Of a stretch of 64,000 bases of DNA, positions 18,940 through 26,566 are shown piece after piece; positions within the stretch are counted from its first letter, which is position 1, and each line of letters begins with the position of its first letter. The position numbers were made by a program, and so were the translations under genes. This stretch comes from Candidatus Omnitrophota bacterium (GTDB lineage Bacteria; Omnitrophota; Gorgyraeia; Zapsychrales; Zapsychraceae): the NCBI GenBank assembly GCA_050250375.1, contig JBFWOS010000003.1, positions 273,284 to 337,283 of the forward strand, in the 5' to 3' direction. Under the pieces are notes generated by a model that ran no database searches, was not told where the DNA came from, and saw only the letters and a list, made by a program, of their open reading frames with translations.

Positions 18940-19812
18940 TTAAATAAGAATAATGCTGTCGTCGGTAATTTCGAATTGAATAAAACTCCGTTTCAGGAAT
19001 TCTCCCGGCGGTCCGTGGGGTTTCGGGTCCAGACAGTCGTCCGTCCGGCAGGACAACGGGGCGTCTGAAGGAATCCAGCGCGGGTCGGTGGATTCAATCT
19101 GATCGGTCGTTCCGAGCACCCCGTCAAACTGTCCATAAATAGATTCGTGAACCGTTTGACCCTGCCCTTCATCAAAAGTCCAGTACGCGACCAGGCCCGT
19201 CTCGTTTCCCAGAAGCCGTTTATACATGGTTGATCTGATCTCTTCTTCCGTTCGCGATACGTTCCAGACCCGCAGTTCATCCAATTCTCCCTGAAAAAAT
19301 GATTGAAATCCGTTATAAAACTGAAGTCCTCCCAGAGTGGACCAATCCCCGGAATCAAATGACATCCCGCTCATCGTCTTGACCCGCTGGCCATTGATAA
19401 ATAGATTTGCGGTATTGCCGTCATAAGTACCGGCAAAATGAGTCCACTGTCCGGTCAGATCAGCCGTATAACAGACTTCTCCATCCGTCCCGCACTTCGC
19501 CGGATTTAAGTCATAACAGAGTTCTGCATCGCTTATTCTTAAAATTATCCCTTGAGTACATGTCGCCGTTGGCCCCCCTCCATTGGCAAAAATCGTCCCC
19601 TTTTCTTTTCCAGTCGACTTGATCCAACCTTCAATTGTATTGGCATACAAAGCCGTGAAAGGCCCGACCGTGACAACGTCGTCTATCCCGTCAAACTCAA
19701 GCGCCGTCCCGGCCTTTCTCTGAACATCAAGAATCCCCTCTCGATTTTCAATTTGGGCGAAAGCGGGGAGAGTCATCGTTAGAAAAATTACTATTAGGGA
19801 CAATTTTTTCAT
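18940..19812 (-). CDS. secreted LamG/concanavalin-A-like (pentraxin-like) domain protein
   Basis: 290 aa. Signal peptide MKKLSLIVIFLTMTLPAFAQ. LamG_3-like blocks ALEFDGIDDVVTV, EGWIK, GTIF, ELRVWN. Overlaps the upstream glycosyltransferase-like gene by 4 nt. Confidence 0.6.
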   Translation of the reverse strand: MKKLSLIVIFLTMTLPAFAQIENREGILDVQRKAGTALEFDGIDDVVTVGPFTALYANTIEGWIKSTGKEKGTIFANGGGPTATCTQGIILRISDAELCYDLNPAKCGTDGEVCYTADLTGQWTHFAGTYDGNTANLFINGQRVKTMSGMSFDSGDWSTLGGLQFYNGFQSFFQGELDELRVWNVSRTEEEIRSTMYKRLLGNETGLVAYWTFDEGQGQTVHESIYGQFDGVLGTTDQIESTDPRWIPSDAPLSCRTDDCLDPKPHGPPGEFLKRSFIQFEITDDSIILI

Positions 19813-21011
19813 GTGAACGTTAAATTCCGTTTATTGACATATAAAATAATCAAATACCATCCATGCGCGGAAATGATGGCCAGGAAAGGCATCATGGGGA
19901 TACGAAAACGTCCCATGGCCGAAGAAAGTGTCGAGAAAACGGTCACCAGCAAGAAATACATGGCCACGACCAGCAGGAATATCAAATAGGGATTATGCCG
20001 GGATTTACAAAATCCCACGATAAACCCTGTCATCCAGAAAACCACCCAAGGGTATGCAATAACCTTTCCCCAAAACTTAAGCCGCTGGGAACCGAAATAT
20101 TTCAGCGTGCCCGGATAGGTCATCAGATTAATAATGCTGCGTGCCGTTACATTTGTATAATACAATATCGGAGATGTTCCTGCCTTGAGGGTATTTTTAT
20201 TCCGTGCGTAGCTTTTATATAATCCATCCGTGTCCATGGTGATATCCCTGATCGTACTAAAATTGAACTGGCCGGTGTATTGATGATTACGGATCTGCCA
20301 GGGAAAAAGACATGCATAAATAATCAAACAGAAAAGCAGAGCATGCGCGCCCCCCCTTTTTAAATTGGTCCTTGCAAAGAATGTTATTATGAACAATGCA
20401 ACCGCGACAGGAAGATAATAGATTAACGGCCGGACAAAGGTGGCGAAAACCAGGAGGATCGAAGCAAAAATAAGATGCCTGAATTTTTGTTCCTTCAAAT
20501 AAATAACCATATTCAGCATAAACAAGGTAAGAAAGACAACAAATAACGATTCCGTCAAAAGCATTAGCGAGCAGACTGTCGTTGGCAAATCATAAAGGAC
20601 AATAACTGCGGTTAAAAATCCGTAGCGTGGATTTATTAAGACAGCTGTTTTATAAGTAACCCACGCCGAAAACAGTGTGAACCCTATTTGGATCAAAATT
20701 ATTCCTGTCAGCGGGATATTGAACAAATTATGAAAGACGGCGATAAAAAGAGAATAACCGGGTGTCCGCACGGTGACGGGCGATAATGTCCCGTCCTTTT
20801 GATGGGCCGCAAAAACCCCCTTTTCCGCGATCATTTTTCCGGCGTCCAAATAAAGGCGCGAATCAATTTGTATTTGTGTTGAAGGGGCGTTGGTATTAGC
20901 CAGGATAAATAAAGAAAATTTAATTACAAGGGCCAGGCTGACAATGAGAAAAGGTAATACATGCGGTGATTTTATTTTCTTGAGCATTAATTTATTGTAA
21001 TCGCTATACAC
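19809..21011 (-). CDS. multi-pass membrane protein, putative GT-C fold glycosyltransferase (ArnT/PMT_2-like)
   Basis: 400 aa, ~10 predicted TM helices. The N-terminal region resembles PMT_2/ArnT-type transferases. A start at the internal MLKKIK.. Met is possible. Family assignment is tentative. Confidence 0.5.
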   Translation of the reverse strand: MYSDYNKLMLKKIKSPHVLPFLIVSLALVIKFSLFILANTNAPSTQIQIDSRLYLDAGKMIAEKGVFAAHQKDGTLSPVTVRTPGYSLFIAVFHNLFNIPLTGIILIQIGFTLFSAWVTYKTAVLINPRYGFLTAVIVLYDLPTTVCSLMLLTESLFVVFLTLFMLNMVIYLKEQKFRHLIFASILLVFATFVRPLIYYLPVAVALFIITFFARTNLKRGGAHALLFCLIIYACLFPWQIRNHQYTGQFNFSTIRDITMDTDGLYKSYARNKNTLKAGTSPILYYTNVTARSIINLMTYPGTLKYFGSQRLKFWGKVIAYPWVVFWMTGFIVGFCKSRHNPYLIFLLVVAMYFLLVTVFSTLSSAMGRFRIPMMPFLAIISAHGWYLIILYVNKRNLTFT

Positions 21012-21181
21012 TTCAGATCAACTAGAATATTAGATTCCGTGGGCAAGTCCGCGCAGGCCCGACCCTTAACTAATGCGGGTTACAAAATGTGACTCAAAAT
21101 CAATTTTAGCTTAAGGTGTTTTTGTCAGTGATGGGCGGCTTGGGCACTCAGGCATTAATGAAATAGTAGTATAGCCATAAG

Positions 21182-21424
21182 TCAAATAAAATACTTTTTA
21201 AGGAAGGTGTGACCAGAACCCTTTTTCAGATAACGTTCAAACTCCCGGGCCGGATGTTCATCTTTAAATACCAGATAACATTTAATATGCCATGGCGCAT
21301 ATTTGCGTGAAAATGTCGACTTCCTGGCATTATGGGCTGAAAGCCGTTTCTCTAAATTTTTTGTGAAGCCAACGTAATGTTTGGAAGGATTAAGATTACT
21401 TTGCGGGATGTAAACTGTAAACAT
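21182..21424 (-). CDS. GIY-YIG nuclease superfamily protein (UPF0213/YhbQ-like)
   Basis: 80 aa. YVGFTKNLEKRLSAHN is a textbook GIY-YIG motif. Confidence 0.7.
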   Translation of the reverse strand: MFTVYIPQSNLNPSKHYVGFTKNLEKRLSAHNARKSTFSRKYAPWHIKCYLVFKDEHPAREFERYLKKGSGHTFLKKYFI

Positions 21425-21562
21425 AGATTCCCCTTTTGTTGGTTTAATTAAGGGGAATCAATAACGGGGGTAATTTTTGGTGTTCTACTTCGCTAAATAC
21501 TTGGTCGCTGCGCTCCTTCGTGTTTAGCTTCGTAGAACATTCTTCGGAGTCAAACACGGAGT

Positions 21563-21579
21563 CCCGGTCAATGACCGGG
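21563..21579 (-). terminator. short GC hairpin (CCCGGT..ACCGGG) ~25 nt downstream of the ssrA 3' end, possible terminator
   Basis: Palindrome cccggtca|atgaccggg at 21563-21579, with a weak U-rich tail (GUGUUUG) on the minus strand. Confidence 0.3.
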
Positions 21580-21603
21580 ACGGAGTATTTTGACGCAGAA
21601 GAA

Positions 21604-21988
21604 TGGAGGTGCCGGGAATCGAACCCGGGTCCTTAATGAGCCTGCCTTAAGCCTCTACATGCGTAGTACGTCTTTTAATCTTACTGGTTTCACTCCAACG
21701 CACAGGATTTAAACCAGCCAGCCTATTGGTTTCGCTCCATCCCCCTAGGCCTGGGAGAAGCTAGCCTGTCCGTGTCCTTTTATAAATCAACAGGCCTGAT
21801 TTATAATAGGGCTTAGTTTATTCTTAAACTAAGGCTGGTGTCGCTTCAGCCAGAATTGCTTCTGCTTCAGCTACAGCGTCGTAATTATCGCCGTTTATTG
21901 TGTGCCTGGATTTTTAACGAGGCCAACCAGACATCCCCGGCATGCCACCTAAAGCATAAACATCTTAAGTCGAGACCAAATCACCCCC
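21604..21988 (-). ncRNA. ssrA: tmRNA (SsrA), ~385 nt, CCA not encoded
   Basis: The reverse complement starts GGGGGUGAUUUGGUCUCGAC.. and contains ..GGUGGCAUGCCGGGG..GGUUGGCCUCGUUAAAAAUCC.. (compare E. coli GGUGCAUGCCGAGGG..GGUUGGCCUCGUAAAAAGCC). It ends ..GGACCCGGGUUCGAUUCCCGGCACCUCCA: a tRNA-like T-arm plus a 7-bp acceptor stem pairing with the 5' GGGGGUG. The predicted tag frame is ..GGC GAU AAU UAC GAC GCU GUA GCU GAA GCA GAA GCA AUU CUG GCU GAA GCG ACA CCA GCC UUA GUU UAA. Confidence 0.85.
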
Positions 21989-22175
21989 GAATTTTTAAAG
22001 AACGAATGTGTAAACTTAATTCTTAATCTGTGGATAGTATACATAATTTTCACGCCCATATCAATCTTTTGTCATGTCCCCGCGTCAGAATAAGTACAAA
22101 TACGTATCCCCATGCGTAACTATCCGCATGTTCAAAATGCCTGTATGTTTTATAATTGACTACGGAGATTAAATT

Positions 22176-22553
22176 ATGAAAAATGATCAGCCATTTACCT
22201 CTGGAGCTATACAAGGTCATGACGTGAACGTTTATATTCGAATACTTCCGTACTCAAGGCCGGTCGATGCCAAAGGGACATTCTTAGTCACGTCGATTGA
22301 CATCAAGCTCAATGAAAACCAGACAGAATACTGGGTGACTTTACTCGGCGATCAAACCGATAAAATTAACGGTTTGAAATTTTGTGAAATGATCCAGGAA
22401 CTGCATAAGCAGGGGATCGCTAAAAGGTGCAAAAAAATCGTTTCATTTATCGAACGAGACATGGTTGAACCAAAATCGATTCATCTTTCCGACCACCGGC
22501 CCTTTAACCGCAAATGCAGAAAAACAATCAAAGAAAGATATAACAACCATTGA
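22176..22553 (+). CDS. hypothetical protein
   Basis: 125-aa ORF starting ~190 nt beyond the ssrA 5' end. AGGAG-like GGAGAT lies before the ATG. No domain recognised. Confidence 0.45.
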   Translation: MKNDQPFTSGAIQGHDVNVYIRILPYSRPVDAKGTFLVTSIDIKLNENQTEYWVTLLGDQTDKINGLKFCEMIQELHKQGIAKRCKKIVSFIERDMVEPKSIHLSDHRPFNRKCRKTIKERYNNH

Positions 22554-22565
22554 ATCGAAAGGCGC

Positions 22566-22979
22566 TTGATGAGTAAAGAAATCCCACCTATTCAGAAATA
22601 TATGACCTGTAATCCGCATTTTATTACCGCTGAAAAAACAATTATTGATGCGCAGGACTTGATGAAAAAATATTCGATCCGTCACCTCCCGGTTTTGCAT
22701 GAAGGGAATATCATTGGAATCATTTCTGACAGAGATTTGAAACTGGCTATGAGCCTGATACAGGCCGATTCATTGGTCAAAGTAGGATATATCAGTCATG
22801 ACCATGTCTATCAGGTTGAACCTGACTCCCCCATCGACAGAGTTGCCCAAGCGATGGCGGAAAAACATTACGGTTGCGCCGTAGTCGTCCAAAATAACAA
22901 ACTCGTCGGAATTTTTACAACCGTCGATGCCTGCCGCGCATTATCGGACATCAGCCGCCAAAAATTCCACCACAATTAA
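22566..22979 (+). CDS. CBS-domain pair protein (paralog of 8034-8453)
   Basis: 137 aa. IRHLPVL..GIISDRDL and LVGIFTTVDACRAL blocks are shared with the other copy. Confidence 0.8.
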   Translation: MMSKEIPPIQKYMTCNPHFITAEKTIIDAQDLMKKYSIRHLPVLHEGNIIGIISDRDLKLAMSLIQADSLVKVGYISHDHVYQVEPDSPIDRVAQAMAEKHYGCAVVVQNNKLVGIFTTVDACRALSDISRQKFHHN

Positions 22980-23040
22980 AAAGACGGCCGGTAAACCCGA
23001 TCCCGGCCGTCTTTCTTTGTCTCTTCAACTCATTTATATT

Positions 23041-23682
23041 TTATTGCTTGGCCATCATGGCTTCGCCGTAAAACTTGTGGACCTTCTGATAAAAGTCTTT
23101 CGTTCTTAGACTTTCACGCCATTTTACAACGTTCGGATATTGATTGATATCCACTTCAATGGCTTCCAACGGATCAATATGGGCCAACAAGGTAAAATCA
23201 GCCAGACTGAGTTTTTCACCGGCAAGATACTTGGATTTACCCAATTGCTGATTAACAATCGGCAAATATCGGCTCAAAAATTCATACCCGCATTTCATGG
23301 AGTTTTCATCGACTTCTTTGCCTAATTTCGGCGCGAAAATTTTATTCCATAACACACGGCCCACCCCGTTCTGGATATGCAGGGAAACAAAATCGATCCA
23401 CTGATCGATGACCGCTTGCTGTTTCGGGTCTTCGGGATAAAGGTCTGATTTTTTTGTTCTCGCTAAATATTTGATGATGGCATTGCTTTCAAACAGTTTA
23501 AAATCACCGTCCACAATGGCTGGAACTTTTCCGGCCGGATGAATGGCCAGGTATTCAGGTTTCTGCCCTTCACCTTCACCTAAATTAACACCTTTCTTTT
23601 CATACTTCAGCCCAAGCGCGTTAGCCACATATAAAACTTTCAACGCGGGTGAGGATAAATCTAAAGCGTAAATCGTTAACAT
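23041..23682 (-). CDS. glutathione S-transferase
   Basis: 213 aa. Thioredoxin-like N-domain (..AIHPAGKVPAIVDGDFKLFESNAIIKYL) followed by the helical GST C-domain. Confidence 0.8.
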   Translation of the reverse strand: MLTIYALDLSSPALKVLYVANALGLKYEKKGVNLGEGEGQKPEYLAIHPAGKVPAIVDGDFKLFESNAIIKYLARTKKSDLYPEDPKQQAVIDQWIDFVSLHIQNGVGRVLWNKIFAPKLGKEVDENSMKCGYEFLSRYLPIVNQQLGKSKYLAGEKLSLADFTLLAHIDPLEAIEVDINQYPNVVKWRESLRTKDFYQKVHKFYGEAMMAKQ

Positions 23683-23773
23683 ATCTTCCTCCTGTGAATA
23701 AATGTATACGGTTATTGAATTTTTTAAATTGTACCATTTAGTACAACAATGTCAAGCGAAATGTCTGTGACAA

Positions 23774-24373
23774 CTAAACCCGCAAGGTGTGTATATACAA
23801 AATGGCATGCCGGACGGAATTCTCAAAGGCCTTGGTATGCCGGTTGACTTTAGATAAAACCATCCCCCCCTGCATAACGGATAAACAATAGTCCGCCAGA
23901 GCATCCGGATCAACGTCCTGTTTTAGCTCTCCTTTTGCTTTCATCTTATGAAAAAAGGTGGAAATCCCCCCTTTAATATGATCAAAAAGCATTTTGACGT
24001 CCTGACGGATCAGCTCATCATTTGTGGTGAGTTCATTGGCAATGGTAGCAATAGGACATCCCCGCTGACAACCGGTAGACTCCTGGGCTCCGATAAAAAA
24101 ATTAAACCATCGTTCCAAATCCTTCCATGTTTCCAGGTCTGGCTTGACCGGAGCCTGTCCGCTTTGCAGCAGACTGAGAAATGACTGCAGACAGGCATGG
24201 ACCAACCCTTCCTTATTTTTGAAATAATGGGAAAACTGGCTCTTGCCGGTTCCGGATTTCTCAAGGATCTGGTCCACGCTGGTAGCATTGACACCTTGTT
24301 GATGAAACAGATCAAACGCCACCTGCATCATCTTGGTACGTGTATCCATTTTTTGGTTTAATATTTTACCCAT
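23774..24373 (-). CDS. TetR/AcrR-family transcriptional regulator
   Basis: 199 aa. N-terminal HTH TRTKMMQVAFDLFHQQGVNATSVDQILEKSGTGKSQFSHYF. Confidence 0.8.
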   Translation of the reverse strand: MGKILNQKMDTRTKMMQVAFDLFHQQGVNATSVDQILEKSGTGKSQFSHYFKNKEGLVHACLQSFLSLLQSGQAPVKPDLETWKDLERWFNFFIGAQESTGCQRGCPIATIANELTTNDELIRQDVKMLFDHIKGGISTFFHKMKAKGELKQDVDPDALADYCLSVMQGGMVLSKVNRHTKAFENSVRHAILYIHTLRV

Positions 24374-24399
24374 GCCTCAATTGTACCACGTAGTACATA

Positions 24400-25842
24400 T
24401 TATGCAACCTTTGCCGCTTTGCCTTCCCGAGGCCTCTTCATTAAAAGCCGATTTAGACATACAGCCAAAATAGTCAAATAAAACGGTTCCACCACAAAAC
24501 GGTATCGATTACTGCCTATCCAGGCAAAAAAATTATTCCCGACTGAAATGTAAAATATATTCATCAGCATAAAAAGCAAGGTTAAAATAAAGGCATCATC
24601 TTTATCTCCCTTTCTCAAGGCCAGATAAATCAGCATAAAACCGGTCAGAAACAAACCGACATAAAACAAAACAACCACCGAATATAAATTCAAACTCAAA
24701 TCATCCCATTTGATAGAATCAAACTTATACCACAATAGAAGCTTCTCTGAATACAACGAATAATTATTAACAGCGTTCAAATGCCAGAACATAAAATTAT
24801 ATATATTCTCATACAATTCAATTTTTGCACGGTTTAAGAATGTCACATCGGTTGGCCCCGGAAAGAAATACATTTTATAAGCCCTGACCACTGATTCCTT
24901 GTAAGATTGCGGGTAGGTCTTTATTAAAAACCTGGCGTTGTGGATATCAATATCCGAATTGATCAGCGCTTGTTTACTGTGCCAGTTTAATTCTCCGGTG
25001 GATGGTTTGATTATTTGATCTAGGAGCGGAATCCCCGTTTTTTCATTATAAAACGGATCGTATGTTTTAAATTTCCCTTCCCGGTAAAGCCGTTCAATCG
25101 TTTCAGGAGGGATATTTTTCGCGCTCATTTCAAGAAGATTAAAGGCCATCCAGGCCTTGCTGGTCGTGAAAGACCCGAACAATAAAAAATTTTTAAGATA
25201 TAACGCCGTTATTAATACCAACGGAACAGCCGCCAGCATAAAGATCTGTTTTCTTTTTTTCTTAACGAACAAAAGAAGGACTCCCAACAAAAAAACAAAC
25301 CAGACCAGGTGAAACGTACTGTATGTCAAGACGAGACATGCCGTTAAAACAAAAAACACCAGGATATCCCGGCCGGCGTAATGACTCAGATACCGATGCA
25401 AAAACACAGCCGACCAGCACATCACGACCAAAATAAAATATGAATATAATAGCCAGTTTTCATAAAGGATACAGGCCGGGTTTAGGGTGAAAAAACACGT
25501 AAGTCCTGCCGCGAGTCCTTCCTTTACTTTAAACTGCCGTAACAGTGTGTAAAAACCTATCATGATGAAATATCCCGCCAGCATGAATAAACCGTGAAAA
25601 ATAACCGTATAATTTTCAGGAAATAGTTTTAAGATACATCCCACAAACAGGTTAAACAATGGCGGCTGACCGTGCAGATAAAACAGACTTTGAAGCAGAT
25701 TTTCTTTCAAAAGGACCGGATCAATAAACTGAATGCTATTCAAAGGGGTCATGTCAAACCGGACGCCGGCCAGATAAAAAATGACCCTTGAAACAACAAA
25801 AACTAAGGTGATGATCATGACTGGTGTTGGTTTAGTCTTCAT
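24400..25842 (-). CDS. large multi-pass integral membrane protein, unknown function
   Basis: 480 aa. ~8 N-terminal TM helices, then a ~150-aa hydrophilic region and further TM helices at the C-terminus. No family recognised. Confidence 0.55.
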   Translation of the reverse strand: MKTKPTPVMIITLVFVVSRVIFYLAGVRFDMTPLNSIQFIDPVLLKENLLQSLFYLHGQPPLFNLFVGCILKLFPENYTVIFHGLFMLAGYFIMIGFYTLLRQFKVKEGLAAGLTCFFTLNPACILYENWLLYSYFILVVMCWSAVFLHRYLSHYAGRDILVFFVLTACLVLTYSTFHLVWFVFLLGVLLLFVKKKRKQIFMLAAVPLVLITALYLKNFLLFGSFTTSKAWMAFNLLEMSAKNIPPETIERLYREGKFKTYDPFYNEKTGIPLLDQIIKPSTGELNWHSKQALINSDIDIHNARFLIKTYPQSYKESVVRAYKMYFFPGPTDVTFLNRAKIELYENIYNFMFWHLNAVNNYSLYSEKLLLWYKFDSIKWDDLSLNLYSVVVLFYVGLFLTGFMLIYLALRKGDKDDAFILTLLFMLMNIFYISVGNNFFAWIGSNRYRFVVEPFYLTILAVCLNRLLMKRPREGKAAKVA

Positions 25843-25847
25843 GACCG

Positions 25848-26306
25848 CTACCGTTTCGTCCCCCGTTGGACAGCCCGTTTCAGATCTTTGGCCATCTGAC
25901 GTTTCTTGATAACTTCCCGTTTATCATAAAATTTCTTGCCTTTGGCCAGGGCCAGCTCGACTTTTACAAAACCCCGGTTATTGTAGTACAATTTGGTCGG
26001 AATAAGCGTCAATTTTTTTATGACCGATTCATTCTCCATCTTGCGCACTTCCCTTTTATGGATCAGAAGCTTGCGCACCCTGTCCGGAACCGCATTATTA
26101 AAGCTGGCCTCTTTATAAGGATCAATATGCAGGTTATAGAGGTAAAGTTGTCCCTTTTCAAACCGGGCAAACGTGTCCTTAAAGCTGACATGACCGGCGC
26201 GGATGGACTTGACTTCGGCTCCGATCAGTTCAATTCCGCATTCCCAGCGGTCGGTTAAAAAGTAATCCCGAAAGGCTTTCCGATTTGTTATAATAGCTTC
26301 GCTCAT
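25848..26306 (-). CDS. smpB: SsrA-binding protein SmpB
   Basis: 152 aa. IITNRKAFRDYFL..GIELIGAEVKSIRAGHVSFKDTFARFEKGQLYLYNLHIDPY..RVRKLLIHKREVRKM matches the SmpB consensus. Basic C-terminal tail. Confidence 0.9.
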   Translation of the reverse strand: MSEAIITNRKAFRDYFLTDRWECGIELIGAEVKSIRAGHVSFKDTFARFEKGQLYLYNLHIDPYKEASFNNAVPDRVRKLLIHKREVRKMENESVIKKLTLIPTKLYYNNRGFVKVELALAKGKKFYDKREVIKKRQMAKDLKRAVQRGTKR

Positions 26307-26566
26307 AAATCACTTTTCTTGGCTGTTAAGCCAAAAACGGGCGGCTAACCCATTTTCCGTATGGTTTTTCTGCGGTCACGGTCACTCGCAAAATTTTCCG
26401 GTTCCTTGGAAACAAAGTTTTGAGGATTATACCACACAAAATATCGATTTCGTAAAGCAAAATATACTTGCACAATATGTCAAAGCATAATACAATACCC
26501 CGATTATTTAGGATCCCTCCTGTAATATAACTATATATTAGGTATAAATATAAAAAAGGGTAACAC

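Noticed and set aside
21425-21603. Expectation of a genomic island/integrase at the ssrA 3' end
   Set aside because: No integrase, att-like direct repeat of the ssrA 3' end, or phage genes were seen. Only a housekeeping GIY-YIG protein follows.
21604-21680. tRNA-like T-arm/acceptor (GGUUCGAUUCCCGGCACCUCCA) that could be mistaken for a tRNA gene
   Set aside because: It is the 3' tRNA-like domain of tmRNA: the 5' partner GGGGGUG lies ~385 nt away and the intervening sequence has tmRNA pseudoknot/tag organisation, not a cloverleaf.
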